From positions 32,001-96,000 of the IMG/VR virus record IMGVR_UViG_3300037467_003067: DNA of 64,000 bases, one strand, 5' to 3'. This stretch comes from a virus. Taxonomy: Duplodnaviria; Caudoviricetes. The notes under the pieces are model-generated. The model was not told the origin of the DNA, did no database searches, and worked only from the letters and a program-made list of their open reading frames with translations. Shown piece after piece: positions 1-9,994 of this stretch (position 1 is the stretch's first letter; every line of letters starts with the position of its first letter). The position numbers and the translations under genes were made by a program.

Positions 1-1
1 C

Positions 2-457
2 CGTTACCTCTGGGATTTCGGCGACGGGACCAAGTCTAGCGAAATGAGCCCCATCCATACCTATACCAGGGAAGGAGTCTACACGGTTAAGCTCAACGTC
101 ATCACGTCGCTCGGAGCGCAAGGTATTGCCACCAAGAGCAATTACATCACGGTCTCGGAAGAAGAGGGCGTAACCTTTTTCTATACCGAGAGTCTGACGG
201 GTATTTCTCAAGAGACTGCCGACCTCCAGAGTGTCGACCCTACTGACTTTGTCTTTGTGGATCAAAGCGAGGGCAACATCATCGAGAGGATTTGGGATTT
301 CGGTGATAAAAATCGTGTGACCATTTCTGACCCGGATGCTCATACGATTTCGCACCAATACGAAATACCTGGCGAATATGACCCAACATTACTTGTCGTC
401 TATGATACCCAGCAATTTAAGCGAGTTTTCCTGTCCGATACAATTAAGGTGAATTGA
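2..457 (+). CDS. PKD-domain virion protein, 5'-truncated
   Basis: Frame is open from base 2 (RYLWDFGDGTKS...). Two PKD motifs: WDFGDG...HTYTREGVY and WDFGD...HQYEIPGEY. Confidence 0.8.
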   Translation, partial: RYLWDFGDGTKSSEMSPIHTYTREGVYTVKLNVITSLGAQGIATKSNYITVSEEEGVTFFYTESLTGISQETADLQSVDPTDFVFVDQSEGNIIERIWDFGDKNRVTISDPDAHTISHQYEIPGEYDPTLLVVYDTQQFKRVFLSDTIKVN

Positions 458-2760
458 TGACAATCCCAGAATCAACAAATTATCCGGTAGCACTCGACAC
501 GGACGACAATCTCTTTTTGGTCCACGATTCTCTTCGGGTACGCTTGGTCCAGGATTATAACCCCGGCGACACCACCATCTACGTCGAAGGCGACCCGGTG
601 GTCTTTAGGCGATTCCCGGCGACCGGATTGATCACCCTCACGGAGCAATGCAGCGACATCGACCACCGTGCCCTCTCGTTCTACTACTCCTCGATCGACT
701 ATACCAACTTTACCTTCGGCGGTCTGGAGTTGCTGGAAGAGTTCGAAGACCTGGATTCGGTCAAGCCTAAGCGGATCACGAACGTGACCCAGAACGTGAT
801 GGCTCAGCACCACAATTCGCTCAAGGATGCCATCATTGCGATCGAGGATTTCATCGGCGTCAAGGGTACGGTCGATGCCCGTCCATTGGGCGAGACCATG
901 GAAGGCAGGATCAATTTTCTCCGCAGGTTGGTCCTGTCGCCCAAGGCGTATTTTACCGTGGATAGGACCATTGGTCTCGTGCCGCTCACGGTAAATTTCA
1001 AGGACCTTTCGTTCCGGCTGGGGACCGATAGCGAGTCCCAAGAAGAGGTCGAATATATTTGGGATTTTGGCGACAACACCTCGGATGTTTCTACCACGAT
1101 CACGGCGACTTCGGAGGTACTGCCGTCCTGCGCCAGCGATGTCCTTGTGCAGGATCTTGACGGCGGCACGATCACCAAGACCTATTGTACCCCCGGAATT
1201 TTCGATGTGTCCTTGACTGTGACCAATCAATTCGGCAGCGACACGATCATATTGCCGGGGCTGATCAATGCGCGGGTCGACGCTCCGCAGGAAGCCGTGG
1301 TCGAATATCTTCCTGGAACGACCCAAACCATCTTAGCCAATACGGGCATCTATCAGGCGGGTCAATACATTCCCCCGGTGATCCGTTCGCCGATCAATAC
1401 ATTGATCACCATGAAGATACCACCCGGAGAGAACCCCGATAATCCCGGCTACACGTATGCTGGCGAGGCACTGACCAATTTAGGAAGTGTTGTTGACCCA
1501 ATCGAATCTTATACGTGGGCATTATCGGATGACCTTGAACATTCCGCATTGACCTCATCGACCAAGGCGATCTATAGCATCGGCGGCTCCTACGACATGA
1601 AGTTGAGGGTCGATACCGAATTCGGTGCCTATCGCATTACGACCTATGAGAACAGCATCGATATCGTCGAAACCCATAACCTCTGGCTGTTCAACTACCA
1701 GGTTGGGAGTTCTACCACTGTGATCGGTTATGAGTATGGGTTGATTAGCGAGACCTTCAAGACTTTGCCGACAACGACCTATGCTCCATTGGTCAATGAT
1801 GACTTCCTTTCGGCGTTGCCCAATGCGAATCAGATGACCAATGAATTCAAGCGAAACACCGGTTTTGTCCCCAAGAGCAATATCGCTTCAGGATTGCAGG
1901 GGAATGCCTTGATGTTTTACGCGAGTGGTCGAGATTCGTCCGATCCGATCTCGGCTGAAGCGGTTCATTTCGTGGGCTACAATGGGTTTGCCAACACGTT
2001 CGATTTGACAATTGCCAGTTTTAATCGACCATGGAATTGGGCGAATTTCAATTCAGCAACCACGGCTTATTTCCTCTTGGGGACGCCGACCACGGCGGCA
2101 TCTTCGAATACGTCGCCCGCGAATCCGACGCTCAGCCAATACACGATCAGTTCCGGAGTGAGGATCGACAGTACCTTGACAGCGTCTCAGTTCTCCAATG
2201 GCGCTGATGAATTGCTGGTTAATCCGGCGTTGTTCGACGGCTCGGGGAGCAACGTCTACGGCAATTTCTCGGTCTATCGCAGCGCGTTCAAGAACAATGT
2301 CGGATATATGCTACGAAACGACAACGTTGGTGATTTCTTCAGGATCAAGTCGTTCTATAGAACCAATGGGACGGTGGGGAGCCCGGTTCAGACGATCGCC
2401 AAGTTGGCTGACATGCCTGGACCCACCAAACTGGAGGGGGAACTCCTTTCGCTCACCTCTGGCTTGTTTTTCTTCAACAATTCTGGAAGCATATCGGCAT
2501 ATAATGATGTTGGAGGAGTATGGGAGACGGGCGGTCCAGGGATCAACTCGATCACGTTCCGATCACTTCAGGACCAGACGGTTTCCGGCTTTGATGATGT
2601 GGGACAAAAGTTGCTGGCGGTCTCGGACGGGGACAAGCGGTGCTATCTGTCTTACGACTATAGCCGCTCGGCATTTATCAAGTTCGACGCGAATTCCATG
2701 ACATTCAGTTCCTTGACCAATCGTCCTCCGGGAAATCAGTGGATTGCTGGAATATATTGA
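454..2760 (+). CDS. PKD-domain virion structural protein (768 aa)
   Basis: PKD motifs (YIWDFGD, TYCTPGIFDVSLTV). N-terminal module is paralogous to that of the next gene. Confidence 0.75.
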   Translation: MMTIPESTNYPVALDTDDNLFLVHDSLRVRLVQDYNPGDTTIYVEGDPVVFRRFPATGLITLTEQCSDIDHRALSFYYSSIDYTNFTFGGLELLEEFEDLDSVKPKRITNVTQNVMAQHHNSLKDAIIAIEDFIGVKGTVDARPLGETMEGRINFLRRLVLSPKAYFTVDRTIGLVPLTVNFKDLSFRLGTDSESQEEVEYIWDFGDNTSDVSTTITATSEVLPSCASDVLVQDLDGGTITKTYCTPGIFDVSLTVTNQFGSDTIILPGLINARVDAPQEAVVEYLPGTTQTILANTGIYQAGQYIPPVIRSPINTLITMKIPPGENPDNPGYTYAGEALTNLGSVVDPIESYTWALSDDLEHSALTSSTKAIYSIGGSYDMKLRVDTEFGAYRITTYENSIDIVETHNLWLFNYQVGSSTTVIGYEYGLISETFKTLPTTTYAPLVNDDFLSALPNANQMTNEFKRNTGFVPKSNIASGLQGNALMFYASGRDSSDPISAEAVHFVGYNGFANTFDLTIASFNRPWNWANFNSATTAYFLLGTPTTAASSNTSPANPTLSQYTISSGVRIDSTLTASQFSNGADELLVNPALFDGSGSNVYGNFSVYRSAFKNNVGYMLRNDNVGDFFRIKSFYRTNGTVGSPVQTIAKLADMPGPTKLEGELLSLTSGLFFFNNSGSISAYNDVGGVWETGGPGINSITFRSLQDQTVSGFDDVGQKLLAVSDGDKRCYLSYDYSRSAFIKFDANSMTFSSLTNRPPGNQWIAGIY

Positions 2761-2794
2761 TAGGTAAATTAAATTATAATTCATAGGTAAAAAC

Positions 2795-4711
2795 ATGCCT
2801 CAAGGTTTTCCTCCAATTCCGGTCTATCCCGCTGGGATAGACTCCGATGCCACACTCTTTCGCGTCTATAACACCACAGAAAGCGTGTTGTTGAACAGTA
2901 ACCAGGCGTGGGAAGACCAGATCGAGATCGTTCCGGTGCCTTTGGGATCACCTGAGGTGTGGGCTGACAACGGATTCGCCACGATCTCGGGCGAGATCCT
3001 CTACTACGACGCGGTCGGCAAGACCAATGATGGGCGCGTCAATTTGCTGAAGCGATGTGCCCGGAATCTGGGCGGCTCGCCTACTCGGTACAACCCTGCC
3101 GGGACCTCGATCCGCTCGTTCGTGATTGCGGAACACCACAATCAGCTTGCCCAATCGCTGTTCAATATCGAGGATTTCGTCGGAATCAATTTTGATACCC
3201 GCGCAGAGACGCTAGATTACCGTATACGCCATCTTCAGGCGACCCCGGTACTTTGGGACGATGCGTTGTGCCCCGACGTTACGCTCGATTTTAGGGTGGT
3301 TTCCGTCGACCCTGTCACCGGGACTACTGCAGCCTACAATGTCATCATCAACGGGACATATAATTCGTATCGTTTAGATTTCGGCGACGGCAGTTTCACA
3401 ACATCTTTGCAGTCTGGGACGCACACCTACGCGCCCAACTCGACGATCGACCCGGTGGTCACGGTGAGCAACGATAGTTGCCAGATCACGACCACGAACA
3501 TTGAGCGGACCAGTCAGCAGGAGCCTACGGTGACCGACACGCCACCGTTCACGATTCCGATCCCTGAGTTTCCGCCACCACCGCCGTTCATTTTTCCTCC
3601 AATCGGACCGATCGAACCGATCATTGAATTCCCGCCGATCGTGTTTCCGTGCCTCGATTTTACCCCGTTCCCTGGTATCAATATCTCCATTGGACCTATT
3701 GATATCCAGGTTCCCAGCGTCATCAGCTTCACGCCCCTGAATATTCCGAGCGTGATCTCGATAACGCCCTTGGACATTCCAAGCTTGGTCACAGTGACCC
3801 CGATTGATTTCCCAAGTGTGATCACCTTTAGCAATCCGCCCGATTTCTCTCCGATCGGGTTCGGACCGGCACCATTCATTTCACCGATCGGGTTTGGACC
3901 GCCGCCTCCTATCTCTCCGATCGACATCAACGTTACCGTGACCATCGACGGCAGCGGGGTTCCTTCGTGTATCAGCATGTGTAACAGCGGGGGCTTGGCG
4001 GTTGATTGGGGTTCACCACCCACGCTGAACGTCGCCTTCGTTCATCAACTGGAGAACCAGAGGACATCGTCTCGTTATACTCAAGAAGACCTGGACATGA
4101 TGAAGGAACTTGGGGACGATTATCGCGATTTCTTCCCCGATGCCGACCCGAATTCATTCGAAGTGGAGTACAGTTCTCTTGGTATCCCCTCGGAGATCAA
4201 GATCGTCGCCCCCGAGTTCCCCAAGATTCAACTGGCACATGACCTACCTCAGGAGATTCGCATCGTCAATGGAGATTTTGACCTTGATGGCACGATCAAG
4301 ATACTTTCTCCGGATGTTCCGATTCCTACGGAGATTCAGGTCATTAATCAGAATATTCCGACCTCGATCGAACTAATCGCGGATATTCCTAGTATTATTC
4401 ACGTAGAACATACTATTCCAAATAAGATCATCGTGGAAAGCATCTCCGAGATTCCGAGCGTGATCCGGCTTGACGGGAGCGAGATCCCTGACCAAATCAA
4501 GGTGGTTGGAATTCCCGATACCATAGAATTGGTCTTCCCGCAGAAGGAGATCAAGTTGACTATTGATGATGACCTAGAAGTTCCGCTGGTCTATCGTGGC
4601 GCTCCGATCGAACTCAAGATCGACATGCCCAAGTCCTGGCTGAACGGTGACGATGAGGACGATGATTATCCTCGGGTCAAGATCGTCCCGGCTCCCTGTC
4701 CCAAGAGGTGA
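2795..4711 (+). CDS. PKD-domain virion protein with Pro/Ile-rich repeats
   Basis: LDFGDG...HTY PKD motif, repeated IPSVISxTP and IPxxI units, and a shared N-terminal module. Confidence 0.7.
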   Translation: MPQGFPPIPVYPAGIDSDATLFRVYNTTESVLLNSNQAWEDQIEIVPVPLGSPEVWADNGFATISGEILYYDAVGKTNDGRVNLLKRCARNLGGSPTRYNPAGTSIRSFVIAEHHNQLAQSLFNIEDFVGINFDTRAETLDYRIRHLQATPVLWDDALCPDVTLDFRVVSVDPVTGTTAAYNVIINGTYNSYRLDFGDGSFTTSLQSGTHTYAPNSTIDPVVTVSNDSCQITTTNIERTSQQEPTVTDTPPFTIPIPEFPPPPPFIFPPIGPIEPIIEFPPIVFPCLDFTPFPGINISIGPIDIQVPSVISFTPLNIPSVISITPLDIPSLVTVTPIDFPSVITFSNPPDFSPIGFGPAPFISPIGFGPPPPISPIDINVTVTIDGSGVPSCISMCNSGGLAVDWGSPPTLNVAFVHQLENQRTSSRYTQEDLDMMKELGDDYRDFFPDADPNSFEVEYSSLGIPSEIKIVAPEFPKIQLAHDLPQEIRIVNGDFDLDGTIKILSPDVPIPTEIQVINQNIPTSIELIADIPSIIHVEHTIPNKIIVESISEIPSVIRLDGSEIPDQIKVVGIPDTIELVFPQKEIKLTIDDDLEVPLVYRGAPIELKIDMPKSWLNGDDEDDDYPRVKIVPAPCPKR

Positions 4712-4712
4712 A

Positions 4713-5576
4713 ATGAGATTAAAGAAACATCCTAATAAAAACACCTATCTCCTCACTGATAGTGGCATATGGGTGCGAGATTTTACGCATCCTTATGCCC
4801 CCTACATCGACATCAATAGGCTGACCTCCCCGCATGACCATAAACATTTGCTGCAGAACGAAATTGAAAACCGGCTTCGCAACATGCAGCACATCGACAC
4901 CGAAGAGGTTAGTCACCCCAAAGTGGTCATCATTTCCGATGGCTATCGTTTCAACGAGAAGCAAGAAATCCTGGCGTCCTTGCCCAAGGATGTCGTGGTC
5001 ATTGCGGTGAATGGCGCGCTGGCGGCGTGGCGATTGTTGGAAGGAGAGAAACGACAGCGAATTCACTACTATGTGGTCAATAATCCTTATCAAGAATGTA
5101 TGAATTTCTTTCCCCGGAAGAATCGTTATTTCACGAAATGTATCGCGTCGATGCGGACTCACCCCGATTTCTTGAGGCAATTTGCCAAGAAGGGGACGAT
5201 GTATCGGTATTTGCCTACTCCTGAGAAGGATTTCATGGGCATGAAATCGGACGCGATCTATCACATCGACGATTACCGTAACCCGATCTGTGCAGCAGTC
5301 GGGCTGGCATATCGCATGGGAGTTGAAAAACTACTTCTTTATTGCTGCGACGATAGTTTTAATGACCACAGGGAAGGAGCGGTCCAATTGGAAAATGGGT
5401 TATTTACCTATCCCCAGCAGATAATTTCCAGGGACATTATCGATGGCAATTTTTATTGGTTAAAATCTCAAGAAGATATTGATGTGCAAATTCGAAATTG
5501 CTCATCTGGACCGGAATATGCGAATGCTCCATATATACAATCGACCGATATAGTGGATTTTTTTCAAGGAATTTAA
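4713..5576 (+). CDS. DUF115/Maf/MptE-like putative glycosyltransferase
   Basis: Pattern VVIISDG..VIAVNGA..AVGLAYRMGVEKLLLYCCD. GAGG precedes the ATG at 4713. Confidence 0.5.
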   Translation: MRLKKHPNKNTYLLTDSGIWVRDFTHPYAPYIDINRLTSPHDHKHLLQNEIENRLRNMQHIDTEEVSHPKVVIISDGYRFNEKQEILASLPKDVVVIAVNGALAAWRLLEGEKRQRIHYYVVNNPYQECMNFFPRKNRYFTKCIASMRTHPDFLRQFAKKGTMYRYLPTPEKDFMGMKSDAIYHIDDYRNPICAAVGLAYRMGVEKLLLYCCDDSFNDHREGAVQLENGLFTYPQQIISRDIIDGNFYWLKSQEDIDVQIRNCSSGPEYANAPYIQSTDIVDFFQGI

Positions 5577-5893
5577 TGAGAAACGGCGAAAAAACCAATC
5601 CAGAAGAACCGTTTTCATTCCATGACTTTAAGAAATGGATGTTGAAAAATGCGACCAATGAATTCCATATTCAGTCGCATAAAAAAGGCATCGGGGTCGA
5701 AGTCGAACCCAAGGTTGGCTTGAAGAAATTACTCAATAGAATGCAAGCCGAGGAGGGCAGCGTTCTGGAGATGGCGCGAGATTTTAGGACCAATGGGGGA
5801 CAGATTGTTGAAATCGATGACCCCTTGGTGATGGTTGAGGTTTCTAGCGGGACATTCATTATCCCTCGGACCTGTATCAGGCGAAAAGACTGA
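5576..5893 (+). CDS. hypothetical protein
   Basis: TAATG overlap with the upstream stop; AAGGA Shine-Dalgarno (SD). Confidence 0.65.
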   Translation: MRNGEKTNPEEPFSFHDFKKWMLKNATNEFHIQSHKKGIGVEVEPKVGLKKLLNRMQAEEGSVLEMARDFRTNGGQIVEIDDPLVMVEVSSGTFIIPRTCIRRKD

Positions 5894-5894
5894 T

Positions 5895-6269
5895 TCACTT
5901 TTTTCGCCTGGTCATGATCCTCGTTTGACCCAATCGCTTGGTGTCGATCGTGCCACCATGCTGGAAGTCCATCTCCGGGTTGGCGGCTAAGGGCAATTTG
6001 CGATAACCCCGCTTGAGCAGTCGCTCCTGTAATTCCTTGTAGGATTGGGCTGGCTCAATCCATGGTTCCCAATACATGCGGTTCTCTGCGACGATTGCGC
6101 GGATGGTCTCGGTCATCGTGGGGTCAAGACCAAGCTTGTTTACATCGTCAATCCGGGACGTGATCGGCAACCCTTCGAACGATGCTAGGATTCTGACCCC
6201 CTTCTTGTCCCGCCTCGCCAAGTAGAGGTACAACTTGGTCGGCTGGGGAGTCTGTGCTTTTAATGCCAT
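5895..6269 (-). CDS. hypothetical protein
   Basis: Convergent ORF that fills the gap. Start chosen at ATG 6269 and is uncertain. Confidence 0.6.
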   Translation of the reverse strand: MALKAQTPQPTKLYLYLARRDKKGVRILASFEGLPITSRIDDVNKLGLDPTMTETIRAIVAENRMYWEPWIEPAQSYKELQERLLKRGYRKLPLAANPEMDFQHGGTIDTKRLGQTRIMTRRKK

Positions 6270-6378
6270 ATAATGTCTCAAATAAAATGTTTAATACTAA
6301 TTGAACACTAGGGTCTCTTGGATCGAATTGACCCAAGAAGTATTTCATCGTTTCTACCGCCTCTTGGGCTTTGTCCAT

Positions 6379-6726
6379 ATGCCAATACCATTAGCTAATT
6401 ACTTGAATATAAAAGATAAAGTCTGTATTAGTTATCCCGGACCTTCGGAAGAATATGTTATCCAACTCGACAGGGCTAGGAATAATATCGAATCCGCATA
6501 TCCCGAGATTGAATTCTATTTCTCTTGTAGATCCGAATTCCTTTATCGCTTCAAAAGCAAGATCAGGGTCGTCGATCTCGAACAACTCCAGTCCAGGAGG
6601 CGGGACTTCGGAATGATCCACGAGATCCGCCGCAACCTGGAGGTCAATCCCGTCATGAATTTCCTCCAGGAATCCGACATCCCATTTGAAAAAATGTGGT
6701 TTGGTCAAGATACGCCCAAAATATAA
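6379..6726 (+). CDS. hypothetical protein
   Basis: ORF fills the gap; start uncertain. Confidence 0.5.
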   Translation: MPIPLANYLNIKDKVCISYPGPSEEYVIQLDRARNNIESAYPEIEFYFSCRSEFLYRFKSKIRVVDLEQLQSRRRDFGMIHEIRRNLEVNPVMNFLQESDIPFEKMWFGQDTPKI

Positions 6727-6794
6727 GAAAGGAGTATCTATATACCCCGTAGAGATAGCTTAAAAATTGACCTCTTTTTGAAAAGGGAAAACCA

Positions 6795-7373
6795 ATGAGC
6801 GTATTCCGCGTACAACTGTCAAACAGTCAGCAAGGACTCTTGGACGTTGATATGACCACAGGGCTGCCAGTCACCACCAGCATCCAGAGGTCGATCTATG
6901 CAATGGGTCCGCACCGCACTAATCGTTTGCTCAAGGACGGTGATACTTTCACCGACAGCAACTACTGGAAGCGATTTGCTTATCCACAGGTTCCGCTTGA
7001 GGAAGCCTTCATCGCCGTGGTCGAGGACGACGGCAGCGTCTACAGTGACTTCGAGGTCGAGCAGACCTTCCTTAAGAATTACTCTTTGGACATCCCTAAC
7101 GGCAGTACCTACACTGCTACCACGAACATTGCCGACATCCTCGGCGATACCGGTGGATTTGCCGTGTTCACCCAGATCGTGAACAACGGTAGCGGCAACG
7201 TAAGCGTCCGCATCAACGGCTCTGTCGATTCGACCTTCGTCCTCGGTGCCAGCGATGCCCAGATCTTCAATGCCGGTGAACTTGCCGTGACCAAGGTGGC
7301 TTTCGCCAACTCCAGCGGTTCTTCCCAGGCTGTCCAGGTTCTCGTCTCTGTTCGCGCTCAGTCCAACAGCTAA
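6795..7373 (+). CDS. putative highly expressed virion/decoration protein
   Basis: C-ending codon bias like the capsid gene, an upstream CTATATA box, a downstream terminator and a beta-rich sequence. Confidence 0.6.
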   Translation: MSVFRVQLSNSQQGLLDVDMTTGLPVTTSIQRSIYAMGPHRTNRLLKDGDTFTDSNYWKRFAYPQVPLEEAFIAVVEDDGSVYSDFEVEQTFLKNYSLDIPNGSTYTATTNIADILGDTGGFAVFTQIVNNGSGNVSVRINGSVDSTFVLGASDAQIFNAGELAVTKVAFANSSGSSQAVQVLVSVRAQSNS

Positions 7374-7393
7374 GGCAAGACCATTAAAAACCA

Positions 7394-7431
7394 AACAAAA
7401 AAGGGATAGCACTTGCTATCCCTTTTTTGTT
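7394..7431. terminator. bidirectional intrinsic terminator
   Basis: AAAAAAGGGATAGC-ACTT-GCTATCCCTTTTTT. Confidence 0.85.
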
Positions 7432-7451
7432 GCACAAACTCTTTAACATTT

Positions 7452-8408
7452 ATGAAGCTAGCACCGAAATTAGGCAAGAGGCAGTTCTCCCTGAAAGACT
7501 ACTCCAGGAAACGTAATCAAATCTTGATCAACCGGGAGACCGGTGGGTTGGGCGACATCCTCATGCATCGGATGATGTTCGAGGATATCAAGAAGTCGGG
7601 ATTAGAAATACATTTCGCCTGCCCCAAACAGTATCATGCGGCGGTCCAAGATCATCCCTACCTGGACAAGGTATTAGATTCGGAGACTGTCAGCCCCTAC
7701 GAATACCTTGCTTCGTACAACACGACCACGGCATGTGGGCGGTACGAATCGCGGATCGCCCCATTGTCCGGACTCCACCGCAGTGATATTTGGTCGAAGC
7801 ATTGCGGCTTCGACCTCACCAATCATGAGATGCATATCAATTTGTCCCAAGAAGAGGTTATGTTTGGAAAGAATCTTCTATGCGGATTAAATACTAGGAT
7901 GAAGCCGACGGTCGCGGTCTGCCCGGTCTCGGCTCAGGGCAGCAAGAACCTGGTGGGTGTCCAGGTTTCTGGGGTCATCGATGGCTTGAGGGATATGGGG
8001 TTCATGCCGTTCGGTCTCCATACCAAGCCAGTCCCCGAGATCGACGCCAAAAAATCGCCGATGGTCCATGGGTTGGATATCCGGCAATGGATGGGAGTCA
8101 TGAATGCTGCGGATTATGTAGTCGCCGTAGATACCTCGGCGTTCCATCTGGCTGGTGGATTGAAGAAACCCTTGGTGGGCATTTTCAGCTTCGCGGACGG
8201 AGACGTGTATTCGAAGTATTATCCTAGCGTAGAGCTAATCCAGAAACACCGCAATAGAGATCCTGAATGGACTTGCGGTCCTTGCTATGCGTGGGTGACT
8301 TGCCCGAAGTCGAAATTGCTCCGCAAGCCCTGCATCACGGAGATCACGGCTCAGCAAATCATGGACGGTTTTTCCAGATTGTTGGAAAAATATCCTAAAA
8401 AATACTAA
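7452..8408 (+). CDS. glycosyltransferase family 9-like protein
   Basis: GGLGDILM, VDTSAFHLAGGL and a C-terminal CxxC..C..C cluster. Confidence 0.75.
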   Translation: MKLAPKLGKRQFSLKDYSRKRNQILINRETGGLGDILMHRMMFEDIKKSGLEIHFACPKQYHAAVQDHPYLDKVLDSETVSPYEYLASYNTTTACGRYESRIAPLSGLHRSDIWSKHCGFDLTNHEMHINLSQEEVMFGKNLLCGLNTRMKPTVAVCPVSAQGSKNLVGVQVSGVIDGLRDMGFMPFGLHTKPVPEIDAKKSPMVHGLDIRQWMGVMNAADYVVAVDTSAFHLAGGLKKPLVGIFSFADGDVYSKYYPSVELIQKHRNRDPEWTCGPCYAWVTCPKSKLLRKPCITEITAQQIMDGFSRLLEKYPKKY

Positions 8409-8428
8409 ATTATTGTAGAGGAATTTAT

Positions 8429-8677
8429 ATGCCAAATGTTGTAAGACCAAGCACTGTCATCATCTCGAATGGCGCGAGCGAAGGACACCTCAAGATCACC
8501 CTTGAACTGAACATCAACTTGAACTCCAACGGGATTCAGGCGAGCGTGACGGCAGCGGAAGCCAAGGAAGACGTGGGACATGACAAGGAATTCGAGTTTG
8601 CGATCCCCGAATTCGAATCCCAGAACAAGGTCGATTTCGGAAAGAGCGTAGACAATGATAGATCAGTCGATGGTTGA
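8429..8677 (+). CDS. small hypothetical protein upstream of the actin-like gene
   Basis: GAGGA SD; appears co-operonic with the following genes. Confidence 0.65.
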   Translation: MPNVVRPSTVIISNGASEGHLKITLELNINLNSNGIQASVTAAEAKEDVGHDKEFEFAIPEFESQNKVDFGKSVDNDRSVDG

Positions 8678-8888
8678 TGCTTGGAAGGGCATTTATCAAG
8701 GTGCCGTTTCATCTGCACAGAAGTGGAAGAATATCCCGGCAAGCGATGCCCGGCTTCGCGCCATGGCTCGGTTGTATGTTCGCGAGGAAGTGCCGCACTA
8801 TCGGCACGAATTGAATCTGAGTCTGCAATTCCTGAGTGACAACGAATTGGGACGATTTCAGAAGTTTTTCAAGAATGAAAGTGAGTGA
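8655..8888 (+). CDS. hypothetical protein
   Basis: Overlapping ORF within the apparent operon. Confidence 0.55.
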   Translation: MIDQSMVDAWKGIYQGAVSSAQKWKNIPASDARLRAMARLYVREEVPHYRHELNLSLQFLSDNELGRFQKFFKNESE

Positions 8889-8893
8889 GGATT

Positions 8894-9904
8894 ATGAAGA
8901 GAATTGGTTATGACTGCGGGACGTATAATCTTGTTTGCTGCCATCGGGACGACAAGAACAATTTCGTCCACAAGCGAGAGGTCAATGCGTTCCTGGAGAT
9001 GCCGCTTGAGAATCGCTTCGTGTTCAACATGATGAAGAACGCTGGCGTCCCTTTGATCGAGCGAGACGACGTAGCGTATGCCTTGGGTGAGTCGGCGGTC
9101 GAGATGGCGTACACTATGTCACACATCGAACTCAAGCGACCTATGTGTGATGGATGCGTGAATCCCAAGGAAAAAGATGCATTTCAGATCATGAGCATCA
9201 TGATGCACAGCCTTCTTGGTGATATTAAAGCAGACAAGACCCCGCTGTACTACAGCGTTCCCGCGAACGCGATTAACCAGGAGACCGATGCAGATTATCA
9301 CGGCAAGATACTCCAATCGATCTTCAATGCTTACCGGTCGAAAGATGGCTATACCGTGGATGCTCATCCGATCAACGAAGCCTTGGCGATTGTCTATGCT
9401 GAAGCAGCTCAGAAGGCATTTACCGCCATTGCCATTTCGGCGGGAGGGGGAATGGTAAACGTTTGTTTTAGCATTTTCGGATCTCCGGTCTTCACTTTTG
9501 CGATCGTCAACAGCGGCGACTGGATCGACAGGATGGCTGCCAAGGCAACCGGAGAATCAATTGCTTATATAAACAGAGAGAAGACCAAAATCGACTTGTC
9601 GAAAGCTCCAACCAACCTAGTCGAGCGTGCGATCCAAACACAGTATCAATTGATGATTGAAAAGACGGTCCAGGGCATCAAGAAGGGCATCATCGATGCG
9701 GGCAACAAGGCACGTACCGACAAGCCGATCGATGTTATCGTGGCAGGCGGTACTGCTTCGCCTACTGGTTTTGACGTGATGTTCTCCGAAGTCCTGCATC
9801 AGGCTGAACTTCCGATCAAGATTGGTAATGTAATCCGTCCAGCCGATCCGCTTTACAGTGTGTGTCGCGGATGTTTGATTGCGGCTGAGAATGCCAGTCA
9901 TTGA
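8894..9904 (+). CDS. actin-like ATPase, volactin-like
   Basis: Phosphate-1 GYDCGTYN, connect-1 PINEALA, phosphate-2 ISAGGGMVNV, adenosine VAGGTAS and connect-2 PLYSVCRG. Confidence 0.85.
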   Translation: MKRIGYDCGTYNLVCCHRDDKNNFVHKREVNAFLEMPLENRFVFNMMKNAGVPLIERDDVAYALGESAVEMAYTMSHIELKRPMCDGCVNPKEKDAFQIMSIMMHSLLGDIKADKTPLYYSVPANAINQETDADYHGKILQSIFNAYRSKDGYTVDAHPINEALAIVYAEAAQKAFTAIAISAGGGMVNVCFSIFGSPVFTFAIVNSGDWIDRMAAKATGESIAYINREKTKIDLSKAPTNLVERAIQTQYQLMIEKTVQGIKKGIIDAGNKARTDKPIDVIVAGGTASPTGFDVMFSEVLHQAELPIKIGNVIRPADPLYSVCRGCLIAAENASH

Positions 9905-9994
9905 AGAATTAGGTTTGTACATAAGTCGAGGATACTCTTTGCTAGGATGTCTTCGACTTTTAAATGATATGATAAACGAAAGGAAAGAAAGTCA

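Noticed and set aside
5576-5680. FSFHDFKKWM in 5576 (and MRIYLEYLES at 18238) as further capsid-targeting tags
   Set aside because: The motif is not at the extreme N-terminus or lacks the Phe, so it is too weak to count.
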